Of a stretch of 64,000 bases of DNA, positions 36,661-46,252 are shown in pieces. The first letter of the stretch is position 1. Each line of letters starts with the position of its first letter. Position numbers and translations under genes: made by a program. This DNA is from Dehalococcoidia bacterium (GTDB lineage: Bacteria; Chloroflexota; Dehalococcoidia; Plut-88900): assembly GCA_965197585.1 (NCBI GenBank), contig OZ240215.1:1088001-1152000 (forward strand), given 5' to 3'. The notes beneath the pieces are model-generated. The model had not been told where the DNA came from and searched no databases. It saw only the letters and a list, made by a program, of their open reading frames with translations.

Positions 36661-37161
36661 ATGGATTGTCCTACTTGCGGGGCACGGAATGATGACAGGT
36701 ACAGGTTCTGCGGGACCTGTGGTAAGAAATTACAAGAGCGAACATCCATACGCGGCAACCGTGACCCGATAGACCGGGAACCTCCTCCCGAAACTGGTCC
36801 CGCATATAACCCATATAGAGGCCCTGGACCTATAGAACAGGAACCCCCTCCCGACCCCGCCCCCGGATATGGTTCCTACCGCGCCCCGGGCACACCTCCC
36901 CCTCAGATACCGAACTACCTGGTTCCAGCCATCCTGGTCACTCTCTTCTGCTGCGTTCCTTTCGGCATAATTGCCATCGTCTATGCTGCTCAAGTGAATG
37001 GCAAAGTCGCCTTGGGCGACATAGAAGGAGCATTGCGAACATCCCGAAACGCAAAGAAATGGGCATGGCTTTCGTTTGGCACGGGACTATTGATAACTGT
37101 AGGGTGGATAATCTACATAGGGGTTGGCCTTGCCGGCTCAGACTTGGGTGGGCTTGAGTAA
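36661..37161 (+). CDS. Zinc-ribbon + CD225/dispanin family protein (copy 1)
   Basis: CPTCG..FCGTCG, Pro-rich linker, PNYLVPAILVTLFCCVPFGIIAIVYAAQV..GD...A..S..AK. Confidence 0.88.
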   Translation: MDCPTCGARNDDRYRFCGTCGKKLQERTSIRGNRDPIDREPPPETGPAYNPYRGPGPIEQEPPPDPAPGYGSYRAPGTPPPQIPNYLVPAILVTLFCCVPFGIIAIVYAAQVNGKVALGDIEGALRTSRNAKKWAWLSFGTGLLITVGWIIYIGVGLAGSDLGGLE

Positions 37162-37251
37162 ATCATGCGACTAACGGAGCACACTCACACATCAGATGCG
37201 CAAACCAAGACCTTCGCCCTAGTCCCTTGGACCTGATTTGGAGGAAATCGG

Positions 37252-37674
37252 ATGCACTGCCCAACCTGTGGTGCTAGGAACGATGACGACGCCCGGTTCT
37301 GTGTCAACTGCGGCCAAAAACTGGAAGCTGAGGAATCGCTCCCCGGTGGCAGTCCTCCCTATCAACGATTCGGAGGTTCCACCTATGAACCTTTCGGGGA
37401 TTCCGACAGCCACCCACAGCACATTCCCAACTACCTAATACCGTCAATCCTGGTAACCATCTTCTGCTGCCTGCCTTTGGGCATAGTGGCCATCATCTTT
37501 GCAGCCCAAGTAAACGGAAAAGTCGCCGCCGGCGACATCGCAGGGGCGCAGTCGTCATCCCGTACGGCTAGAGCCTTGGTAATAGTTTCCGTCATCGTGG
37601 GGGCGGTAGTAATCGGCATAGCACTGCTGGCAGGACTCTTGGGAGAGCCTCCTGCCGAGTTGATCAATGAATGA
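37252..37674 (+). CDS. Zinc-ribbon + CD225/dispanin family protein (copy 2)
   Basis: CPTCG..FCVNCG, PNYLIPSILVTIFCCLPLGIVAIIFAAQV. Confidence 0.88.
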   Translation: MHCPTCGARNDDDARFCVNCGQKLEAEESLPGGSPPYQRFGGSTYEPFGDSDSHPQHIPNYLIPSILVTIFCCLPLGIVAIIFAAQVNGKVAAGDIAGAQSSSRTARALVIVSVIVGAVVIGIALLAGLLGEPPAELINE

Positions 37675-37677
37675 ACC

Positions 37678-38130
37678 TTGGTGTTGAGCACGCAAACTAA
37701 AGAATTCCTACAGCTGATTGGCGGGCACGGACTCTCCGAGAGAGCCATCTATTTAGCCGCAGGCCTCTTGGCCCTTGGCGCGGCCGCGATGCTTTACGTC
37801 CTTGACCCCCGTGAGCCGGGCAACTACCCCGTCTGTCCCTTCCTGGGCCTGACCGGCTACCACTGCCCCGGTTGCGGCAGCCTGCGGGCCATACACCAGC
37901 TTCTCCACGGCAGCCCTCTGAACGCACTCGGGTACAACCCGCTCACGATTCTTTCGCTGCCCTTCCTTGCGTATGCCTTCGTTGCAGGTGGGTTGAGAGC
38001 CTTCCGGGCCCCGGCGCCCGCGCCCATCTTTATCCACCCCAGGTTTATATGGGCCATGCTCTTCGGCATAGTGGCCTTCTGGGTCCTGCGAAACATCCCT
38101 ATCCAGCCCCTCTCCATCCTCGCTCCCTAG
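37678..38130 (+). CDS. DUF2752-like membrane protein
   Basis: CPFLGLTGYHCPGCGSLRA..LLHG...A..YNPL and FWVLRN. Confidence 0.85.
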   Translation: MVLSTQTKEFLQLIGGHGLSERAIYLAAGLLALGAAAMLYVLDPREPGNYPVCPFLGLTGYHCPGCGSLRAIHQLLHGSPLNALGYNPLTILSLPFLAYAFVAGGLRAFRAPAPAPIFIHPRFIWAMLFGIVAFWVLRNIPIQPLSILAP

Positions 38131-38162
38131 TCCCGCTCACATAGAGGGGTGACATCACCCCC

Positions 38163-38191
38163 TTGACTTAATAAGACACATGTTCTATTAT
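38163..38191 (+). promoter_or_regulatory. Sigma70 promoter with SOS-box-like site and no intact downstream gene
   Basis: TTGACT-17-TATTAT. The spacer contains AGAC-ACAT-GTTCT. Confidence 0.6.
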
Positions 38192-38429
38192 TGGGCTGGT
38201 CTAGACCCGACACCCACCTTAAGGAGGAACCAAAAGCCCAGGGGAAGCCCACCCGACCCACCCGAGGACTCAACGCCCAAGCCCATCCCAACGGCCCATA
38301 CACGGGGCCCGCGGCACAAGCGAAAGTCGCCATCTCCTCTTCCCACGGGTCCCGTGCCCCCTTCCCTGATCCCCAGGCGATGGAAGAAGCCCTGGCTTTC
38401 TACTCCCACCCCTCTCCCGCCATCCCCCC

Positions 38430-38458
38430 GTCATTCCGGCCCCCGAGCCGGAATCCAG
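38430..38458 (+). repeat. GTCATTCC...GGAATC REP-like palindrome
   Basis: GTCATTCCGGCCCCCGAGCCGGAATCCAG. Related copy GTCATTCCGAGGCTCCGCGGGGAATCT at 53742-53768. Confidence 0.65.
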
Positions 38459-39055
38459 GGGCAGGGTACGCAGAGAGATTACAACAAGGGTGACAGGAGC
38501 TGTACTCGCGGACCGTAAGACCCCCATAGAGAACCGTCTCGAAGTTCGGACCGCATTGCAAGAGTTAGCGCGCTACGGCGAGGGGGTGCCGGAGGATTTG
38601 CTCCATATCGCTCCGGCAAACTAGGACATCATTAGTTAGGCTTGTGGGGCCACAGCTGGATCCCTGGCCCACGAGATGCCCATAGTGGCATACAGCCCAA
38701 AAATGGAACCTCTCACGGACGTCCTGCCCTGGAAGTGTCCGTGCATATAATCGAGCAAAGGGCACGGCCGGCTGTAAGTCCCTCCCTCTCAGGCGGGGCC
38801 TGCTCTCCAGGTCCCCCGACAGCCGGAACACCCGCAAAGAGAGATGCAAAGCCAATTAGAGGGCAAGAGGGCCTCTTCCATCGTCAACCCAAAACCCAAC
38901 AGACAGAACGAAAACCCAAACCCCACAACTGAATAGAAACCCGGCGTGTCACTAACCTGCCGAACGAGTGCACTCCCTAGTCCTTCCATCTGCCTAACAG
39001 GTAAACTTAAGCTCTCCGACCCGCTCCCCGACTTTCCAACAACAGGAGTCCACCG

Positions 39056-40438
39056 ATGCCCAATGCAACCGTCAAGATCGAAAACGTCCGCTTCATCCTC
39101 ACCCTGGACCCGGAAAGAAGGATCATCCGGGACGGGTCGATTGTCGTTGAAGGATCGAGGATTGCCCAGGTAGGCAAGGCCGCCGACCTCAAGGACATCT
39201 CCGCAGACAGGGTGATCGACGGCTCTGAGATGGTGGCGACACCCGGCTTTATCAACGGTCACCTCCATATCTCCTACGCCCACGCCACCCGAGGCATATT
39301 CCCCGACTCCCTGGAACCGGTCGACTATTTGGGCAACGTCTTCCGCCTCGCCCTCCAGATGCGTCCCGAGGAGGAGTACAACACCTCCCTCCTCGCCCTC
39401 ACCGAGGCCCTCAAGTATGGCACGACCACCGTCGTAGACCCTGGCACCACCCGCTATCCCGACTCCTGCATCAAGGCCTACGAAGAGTCCGGGGCAAGGG
39501 TCATCATCGGGGCGTCGGTGACCGATCTTCCCAACGCGATCAACGTACCTCTAGTTAGCCTGCAGGATGCAGAGCAGCTGATGGAGAGCACGGTCAAGCA
39601 GTTCGATGGCGCTCTGGACGGCCGAGTTCGCGCCTGGACAATGCCCGCCGACGTTAGCTCCTCGTCCAAGGAACTGCTTCAGGCCGCCAAGCGCATAGCC
39701 GACGAAAACGGCACCCGGATGACCATCCACTGCGTTAATTCACCCCAGGCGGTGGATGCCTTTCTTAGCAACTACGGTAGACGACCCATCGAGTGGCTGG
39801 AGGACATTGGCGTCCTTGGCCCCAACCTCCTGCTTGCCCACGTAGTCGGCCTCAACGACTCGGAGGTCGACTGTGTGGCCAGGACAGACACCAAGATGGT
39901 AATGTGCCCGACGGCCGCGGTGAAAATGGGCGCAGGCACCTCCTCCAAGGGCCGCTTGCCTGAGATGATCGAAAGCGGCGTCACCGTCGGTCTCGGCACC
40001 GACTCTGCGAACAACTCCTGTGTCGCCGAGGTTTTGCGGTCGATGTACCTCGCCGCGGTCCTTTACAAGGATGGCCGGGGCTCGACCAGCATGGTCCCTG
40101 CGGAAAAAGCCCTGGAAATGGCCACAATCGACGGGGCCCGGGCCCTGGGGCTCGAGTCGGACATCGGCTCCATCGAGGCCGGTAAGAAGGCCGACATCGT
40201 CCTCTTCGACACCCGCCGCCCCGAGTGGCGCACCCTGTTCAACCCCGTCAACAGCCTGGTATACAATGCCGATGGCAGGAGCGTTCACACGGTCCTCGTC
40301 GACGGCAGGATAGTGGTAGAGGACCAGAAGCCAACCTACGTGGACGAGTGGGAGTTGATCCAGAAGGTCCAGGCCATAGGCTCGGACATGCTCTCCCGCA
40401 CCGACACGCACTTCCCGCAGTCCTGGCCCATTGTCTAA
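39056..40438 (+). CDS. Amidohydrolase (MTA/SAH deaminase, AtzA/TrzA-like)
   Basis: PGFINGHLH, LAH, GLGTD, MATIDGARALG, GSIEAGKKAD. Confidence 0.9.
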   Translation: MPNATVKIENVRFILTLDPERRIIRDGSIVVEGSRIAQVGKAADLKDISADRVIDGSEMVATPGFINGHLHISYAHATRGIFPDSLEPVDYLGNVFRLALQMRPEEEYNTSLLALTEALKYGTTTVVDPGTTRYPDSCIKAYEESGARVIIGASVTDLPNAINVPLVSLQDAEQLMESTVKQFDGALDGRVRAWTMPADVSSSSKELLQAAKRIADENGTRMTIHCVNSPQAVDAFLSNYGRRPIEWLEDIGVLGPNLLLAHVVGLNDSEVDCVARTDTKMVMCPTAAVKMGAGTSSKGRLPEMIESGVTVGLGTDSANNSCVAEVLRSMYLAAVLYKDGRGSTSMVPAEKALEMATIDGARALGLESDIGSIEAGKKADIVLFDTRRPEWRTLFNPVNSLVYNADGRSVHTVLVDGRIVVEDQKPTYVDEWELIQKVQAIGSDMLSRTDTHFPQSWPIV

Positions 40439-41197
40439 ATGTCGAAACTAGCTCTGATAATTCGTCACGCCGCCCCCGAGACCCTGGCCGGGAACTATAC
40501 CTCGGTCCTTCAGGAGCGCGGCTTCGGGCTCCATCCCCTCAACATATTCGAGAGTGCCCCTGCTTTCGACAAATTCGACCCACCTTCGCTTAAAGACACC
40601 GATCTGATCATTGCCATCGGCGGCCCACAATCGGCCAACGACAGCTATCCCGCCCTGCACGCGGAACGTCAGTTTCTTGGCGATGCTATGGCGTCGGGAA
40701 AGCCGGTATTCGGTGTTTGCCTGGGAGCCCAAATCATGGTCAAGGCACTGGGTGGAGCAGTAGCTCCGACAGGCGGCTACGAGTTCGGCCTGCGCAAAAT
40801 ATGGGTTACGGAGGAAGGAAACCGGGACCTGGTCTTCAGCAAGCTGCGCGTCCCTCTTGTCCCGACCCTCCACGGCGAAATGTTCACCGTTCCTCCCGGC
40901 GCAACTGAACTGGCATACGGCTACATGCTCTGCAAAGACGGAACCTTCAAAAGGCAAAGCATGGCTTTTCGACATGTCAACTCCTATGCCTTCCAGTTCG
41001 AGCCTCAGCTAACCCTTGATGAGTTGAAGGTCTGGAATCGAGACCTCGCCGCCGACTACAAATTGATGGGCCCTCCATTCGACCCCGCCTCTGAAGCCGA
41101 GACTAATCTTCGTGAATTCACAGCCTATTCGCCTATATATGAAGCCCAGTCCAGGGAGATGCTGGTGGCCTTTCTTGAGAAAGCGGGCCTGGCCTAG
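40439..41197 (+). CDS. Class I glutamine amidotransferase-like protein (atypical triad)
   Basis: IGGPQS, GVCLGAQ nucleophile, and FQFEPQ in place of QFHPE. Confidence 0.82.
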   Translation: MSKLALIIRHAAPETLAGNYTSVLQERGFGLHPLNIFESAPAFDKFDPPSLKDTDLIIAIGGPQSANDSYPALHAERQFLGDAMASGKPVFGVCLGAQIMVKALGGAVAPTGGYEFGLRKIWVTEEGNRDLVFSKLRVPLVPTLHGEMFTVPPGATELAYGYMLCKDGTFKRQSMAFRHVNSYAFQFEPQLTLDELKVWNRDLAADYKLMGPPFDPASEAETNLREFTAYSPIYEAQSREMLVAFLEKAGLA

Positions 41198-41217
41198 GGC
41201 CGAGGAAGAGTGAAGAT

Positions 41218-42444
41218 ATGAAAGCACTGACGAACGCCAACCTGATAGATGGCACCGGAGCTCCTGCGAAGGCGGGCCACACGGTACTGATAGATGAAGA
41301 TAGGATCGTTGAAGTCGGGCCCTGGGAGAAGACCACCATTCCACCAACTGCCGATGTCACGGACCTGCAGGGAATGACCCTTATGCCGGGCCTCATCGAC
41401 TGCCATGACCACATCGCCGGTTCCGTATACGGTCTAATCGGCAGATGGGAGCTCGATGCCCCTCCCAGCCTGAGACACCTGCGTACTGCTGAAACCCTGA
41501 GAAAGACCCTCGATATGGGCTATACAGCATTTAGAGATGCCGGCGGCCTGGACCAGGGATTCAAGATGGCTATAGAGGATGGGCTTATCCCTGGACCTCG
41601 CCTTGTATTGAGCTTGAGCATCATCTCTCCCACCGGCGGCATTGGTGATTGGTCAAGTCCCTCGGGTCACCATCGCCCGGATCCCGGCAATGTCAGCTTG
41701 CCTCGTGGCGTTGCCAACGGCGTCGATGCCGTCCGTGCGAAGGTCAGGGAGATTGCCCGCATGGGCGCAGACGTCATTAAGTTTGCTACCACCGGTGGGG
41801 CCAGCTCACGCCTGGGCCACGGGCCCAAGGACATCGCATTCGGAAAGGATGAGATTTTTGCCATAGTGGAAGAGGCTCACGCCTTGGGCAAACGTGCAAT
41901 GTGTCATGCCATCGGTGGCCCGGGCCTCAAGCTCGCCGTTGAGGCAGGCGCCGATAGCATCGAACACGGCAGCTACGTCGACGAAGACCCTGACATAATC
42001 CCCATGATGTCAGAAAAAGGCATCTTCCTGGTTCCCACATTGACCGTGTACGCCTTCCATCGCGATGCACCTGAGCCTCACTTCAGTTCACGGGCCCAGG
42101 CGATGTACGCGCACCAGGTCGAGAGCATCCGGAAAGCGCTGGACGCGGGAGTGAAGGTCGTGGCCGGAACCGACGCCGGTGGCTACCAACACTTCATAAA
42201 TGCCCAGGAGTTGCAATGGCTGGTGGAACAAGGTGGCATGACCAACAGCCAGGCCATCGTGTCGGCGACGGGTTGGGCGGCGGAGTGTCTCGGGTTGGAA
42301 AAGGACATCGGCACCGTGGAGCCGGGAAAGCTCGCCGACCTGATAGTCGTGGACGGCGATCCACTTCTTAACATAAAACTTCTACAGGACGAATCTCGTA
42401 TCAGGGCCGTGATCAAAGGCGGCGTGACTCACCTATCCAAGTAA
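41218..42444 (+). CDS. Amidohydrolase family 1 (Xaa-Pro dipeptidase-like)
   Basis: PGLIDCHDH, RDAGG, GADVIK, SIEHG, GTDAG. Confidence 0.9.
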   Translation: MKALTNANLIDGTGAPAKAGHTVLIDEDRIVEVGPWEKTTIPPTADVTDLQGMTLMPGLIDCHDHIAGSVYGLIGRWELDAPPSLRHLRTAETLRKTLDMGYTAFRDAGGLDQGFKMAIEDGLIPGPRLVLSLSIISPTGGIGDWSSPSGHHRPDPGNVSLPRGVANGVDAVRAKVREIARMGADVIKFATTGGASSRLGHGPKDIAFGKDEIFAIVEEAHALGKRAMCHAIGGPGLKLAVEAGADSIEHGSYVDEDPDIIPMMSEKGIFLVPTLTVYAFHRDAPEPHFSSRAQAMYAHQVESIRKALDAGVKVVAGTDAGGYQHFINAQELQWLVEQGGMTNSQAIVSATGWAAECLGLEKDIGTVEPGKLADLIVVDGDPLLNIKLLQDESRIRAVIKGGVTHLSK

Positions 42445-42534
42445 CGCCGCACTCCAAGAAGCTTCGTCCTACCTTTCTATCGTCGTAACAGGTTTGGCGC
42501 GACCATCAGCGACAGGTTAGAATTACCTGCACTC

Positions 42535-42612
<78 letters not shown>

Positions 42613-42874
42613 ATTCCCAGCACGGCACGTGCATTTTGAAAGGTTCAACCGAATATCTAAAGAGATATCTCCACTCTCACCTTGGCTATTGTATAGTCTT
42701 TTAGGCATCACACCAGCATGTCATAGACCTAATACGCTCTTGATACTACTATTGAACTCACTGGTATAAACAGCAAAGAGTTGCAAATACAATCAGGTTA
42801 CCCTAACTCTGTTAAAGATACCCTTGCCTCCCAAGTTCACTCTCCATCACCCATCGAGCGATTAATCCCACAAG

Positions 42875-43576
42875 GTGTGCCCTTTGAATCTGGATATTCT
42901 TTCCAAGCTGCTGGAATCCGCAACATGCGGCGCATATGCCGTGTCAATAGACCAGACCATAGTCCTGTGGAACCGTAATGCCGAGCGCATCCTCGGTCAC
43001 TCGTCCCAAAACGTGCTGGGCCGCAAGTGTTACGAAGTCATGGAAGGTGTCACTTCAGTCGGCTTGACGCCCCAGTGCCTGGGCGGTTGTCCGTCAATGC
43101 ACTACCTGCGTGCAGGACTAATCCCTGCGACGACCCGGCTTCAAATGCTATGTTCAACTGGGGAACGCAAGTGGGTATCCATCACTCCCATGGTGGTCTC
43201 AGGCATCCTTAGAGACGCACCTATTCTGGTGCACTTGTTCGACGAAGCCGAGCAAGTGGAAGATTTTAATCAGGCTAGAGACTCAGTTCATGATGCGCTG
43301 GCAGAGAGCGGCGCTCAGGTCATCTCTGACCAGCCCCCCACCCCTGCCCCCCTCGGAGAGGACCCGGCACTTTCACGGCGAGAATTAGAAGTGTTGCGTT
43401 TGGTCGCACTGGGTTGGGATACCCCGCGTATAGCCGCCGAGCTGGCCATCAGCCGCCACACGGTGCGCAACCATATCCGAAATCTAAGGCACAAGCTCAA
43501 CGCAACAACCAAGCTGGACGCTGTGATGAAAGGCATTCGGCTAGGCATTCTGGCAATGGGCCGGTCATCGCGCTAG
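42875..43576 (+). CDS. PAS + LuxR-type HTH transcriptional regulator
   Basis: WNRNAERILG..VLGRKCYE PAS domain with several Cys. LSRRELEVL..IAAELAISRHTVRNHI HTH. Confidence 0.9.
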   Translation: MCPLNLDILSKLLESATCGAYAVSIDQTIVLWNRNAERILGHSSQNVLGRKCYEVMEGVTSVGLTPQCLGGCPSMHYLRAGLIPATTRLQMLCSTGERKWVSITPMVVSGILRDAPILVHLFDEAEQVEDFNQARDSVHDALAESGAQVISDQPPTPAPLGEDPALSRRELEVLRLVALGWDTPRIAAELAISRHTVRNHIRNLRHKLNATTKLDAVMKGIRLGILAMGRSSR

Positions 43577-43639
43577 CTAACTCTCCTGTCAGCGGTGCAT
43601 AACGATACGTATCGACGAAGTCCGCGTCTCGTACTTCGC

Positions 43640-43667
43640 TTGACGTATCTTCCCCTTCCCTTAGAAT
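43640..43667 (+). promoter_or_regulatory. Putative ppcA promoter
   Basis: TTGACG-16-TAGAAT. Confidence 0.55.
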
Positions 43668-43728
43668 GAATCCCGATTCAATTGTGCTATCCGCGTAACA
43701 TTCTCAATCTTCCCGCAAGAGGTCTGAC

Positions 43729-45207
43729 GTGTTCCTAGTTCCAAGGGTGATGAGCACCCAGCACCCCGACAACGCTGTTCCTGCTCCCTTCGCGGATTCC
43801 GAAGGGGTCCTTCGCGGCAATGGTGAGGTCAACGAGGCCTTCCACATCTTTTCCCTCGGCTGCGACGAGCAGATGTGGGATTCGGAAGGCAAGGAGGCCG
43901 ATAACCACGTCGTTCAGAAATTGCTGACCGGCTTCCCCGAGTTCTTCCACAATGAGCGCCGACTCGGGCGCGACGTGATCCTCACCCTGCGCGTCCCCAA
44001 CCCCGGCATCGAACGGGACATGCGGAAGTCCATGGTCGAAGCCCTTCAGAGCGTGCCTTCCGCACGGGACGTGGCCGACAGCTTCTACGGCGGCATTGAA
44101 GACGCCTCAGCGCCCATCCAGGAGGTTATCCTTCCCTTCACCACCTCCGCCGAGGAATTATCCCTCGTCGAGGCCTACTACAGTAATGTCATCATAGGTC
44201 AGGAGACTCTATCCCTCCTGGACGGCCAAGTCGTGAAAGACTGGGTCGGCGAGTTCTTTCCCAAGCGCATCCGTGTTATCCCCCTGATAGAGGATATAGA
44301 GCACCTCTTCCAGTGCGATAACATAGTGGAGGAATACCTGAAAGGAAGAGACTTGCCGGGCCAACGGGTCTTCCTGGCCCGGAGTGACCCTGCGCTAAAT
44401 TATGGCAATGTGGCCGCGGAACTGGCGCTGAAAGTAGCCCTTGTCCGCCTCCACGAACTTGCAGGCCGACTGGGCATGCCCATTTTCCCCATAATTGGGG
44501 TTGGCTCCGTTCCCTTCCGAGGCCACCTTACTCCCGTCAATGTCGACAGAGCCCTTCGCGAATACCCCAGCGTCCATACATTTACCGTCCAGTCCGCCTT
44601 CAAGTACGACTACGATAGCGACGCCGTACGTAATGGCATCGCCCAGCTCCGAGCCCACGAGCCTCGTGACCCGGTCCCCATAGATCAAGCCCGAGCCCGT
44701 GAAGTCATAGACAAGACCACTGCGGAATACCAGGCCCGAGTCCGTGACCTGCTCCAAGTGATCACCAGCGTCGCTGGACACGTTCCCAAGCGCCGCGAGC
44801 GCAAACTGCATGTCGGATTATTCGGATACGGCCGATCGCTTGGCGGGGTCGGCGGAGCAACTCTCCCACGCGCTATCGGATTCGCAGCTTCCCTCTATTC
44901 CATAGGCGTTCCACCGGAGCTGCTGGGCCTCGCCGCCCTCGATGAGGCAGACCTTGCCTTTATCCGGGAGTCCTGTCCCAGCCTCAATGAGGACCTGCGC
45001 GCCGCACTGCGCTTCACCAACGAGCGTCACGTCCTGGACCTTCTCGGCGAAAACCATCTCCGCATCGTCGCCCAATTCACCGACGAACTGGACCGTGTCC
45101 ACGAAGGTCTAAGCAGCGCAATTTGGGCTGGCATCAACCAGGACGCTCCCGTTAGCATCCCCCACTACGTGCAAGAGGCGGCTCTCCTGCGTCGCTTCCT
45201 TGGTTGA
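43729..45207 (+). CDS. ppcA: Archaeal-type phosphoenolpyruvate carboxylase
   Basis: PRVMSTQHPDN, MWDSEGK, ARSDPALNYG, GVGSVPFRG, LPRAIGF, C-terminal RRFLG. About 490 aa. Confidence 0.92.
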   Translation: MFLVPRVMSTQHPDNAVPAPFADSEGVLRGNGEVNEAFHIFSLGCDEQMWDSEGKEADNHVVQKLLTGFPEFFHNERRLGRDVILTLRVPNPGIERDMRKSMVEALQSVPSARDVADSFYGGIEDASAPIQEVILPFTTSAEELSLVEAYYSNVIIGQETLSLLDGQVVKDWVGEFFPKRIRVIPLIEDIEHLFQCDNIVEEYLKGRDLPGQRVFLARSDPALNYGNVAAELALKVALVRLHELAGRLGMPIFPIIGVGSVPFRGHLTPVNVDRALREYPSVHTFTVQSAFKYDYDSDAVRNGIAQLRAHEPRDPVPIDQARAREVIDKTTAEYQARVRDLLQVITSVAGHVPKRRERKLHVGLFGYGRSLGGVGGATLPRAIGFAASLYSIGVPPELLGLAALDEADLAFIRESCPSLNEDLRAALRFTNERHVLDLLGENHLRIVAQFTDELDRVHEGLSSAIWAGINQDAPVSIPHYVQEAALLRRFLG

Positions 45208-45240
45208 GTTCCCTCCGACACACAAACATCCTTACCGCGC

Positions 45241-45273
45241 TAAGGCCGGAGCACTCTTCGCGCTCCGGCCTTA
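45241..45273. terminator. Hairpin after ppcA
   Basis: TAAGGCCGGAGC..GCTCCGGCCTTA 12-bp stem. Confidence 0.7.
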
Positions 45274-45524
45274 GTCTGTAATTGCACCCCCGGTTTACGG
45301 GCCCGATCTACTCCCTTATGCCAACGGGCAACTCGGGGTCGCAGTAAGACAAGTCCAGACTGTCAACGTCGCTCTCGGGCACATCCTTTAGCTGATTTTG
45401 ACTGGCCATTAGCATTATCCTGATATCCGGCCTTGGAAGGCAATAAGGTTGATTTTCCACGCAACTCGCCTTCAATACATCAATTTTGCTCCATACTCCG
45501 CTTCCCGTTAACATTGAACTGCTG

Positions 45525-46034
45525 ATGAAATGCGGAATTACAATACGCCGATTCGCTCTTGCGATTGCATTCCTGATCGTTTCCATGGCCTTGGTGGTCG
45601 CCTGCTCTTCACCCCCGAGCATTGATGGGCCAACCCCCACCCCAGCCCCACCCACCGGGCAGGAAATCTTCGCAGCTACTTGCGCCACATGCCACGGCGC
45701 CGAGGGCCAGGGCCAGTCCGACTGGCATATCCGCAAGCCCGATGGCATCTTCCCCGCTCCTCCCCTGAACGGCGATGGCCACACCTGGCACCACGGAGAC
45801 GGACTGCTCTACAGCATAGTGAGCCAGGGCGGACAGCGCTGGGAAGACCTTAACTTGCCACAGTTTAAAAGTGGCATGCCTGCATTTGGAGAACAGTTCA
45901 CCCAGGATGAGATTGTTGCAGTGCTCGAATACATCAAGAGTCTCTGGGATGACAAGGAAATCCGCGGCGTCTCCATCATCGAGCACCAGGCCCTCATGAG
46001 CGAGACCGATCCTTTCCCACCTGACGGAAGCTAG
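45525..46034 (+). CDS. Monoheme c-type cytochrome lipoprotein
   Basis: Lipobox LVVAC, CATCH heme motif, APPLNGDGHTWHH, MPAF. Confidence 0.88.
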   Translation: MKCGITIRRFALAIAFLIVSMALVVACSSPPSIDGPTPTPAPPTGQEIFAATCATCHGAEGQGQSDWHIRKPDGIFPAPPLNGDGHTWHHGDGLLYSIVSQGGQRWEDLNLPQFKSGMPAFGEQFTQDEIVAVLEYIKSLWDDKEIRGVSIIEHQALMSETDPFPPDGS

Positions 46035-46252
46035 TCTTCCACCACCCGGTCTCTACGTCTTCACTCTCTCTTTTGCCCGCACTTTTGGCGAAAATGGGGG
46101 CAACTCTCACAACAGGTTCTTGACCGGCCTATGGGCTTCCAATAAACTGCCAGTCACTCAGCCCCCTGACCGTTCGTCTCGATACAATTCATGGCGAGAA
46201 CCCGAAAATAGCGCATTTCGGGTAACTCACCAGCCAGGAAAGAGCGTGCCGG

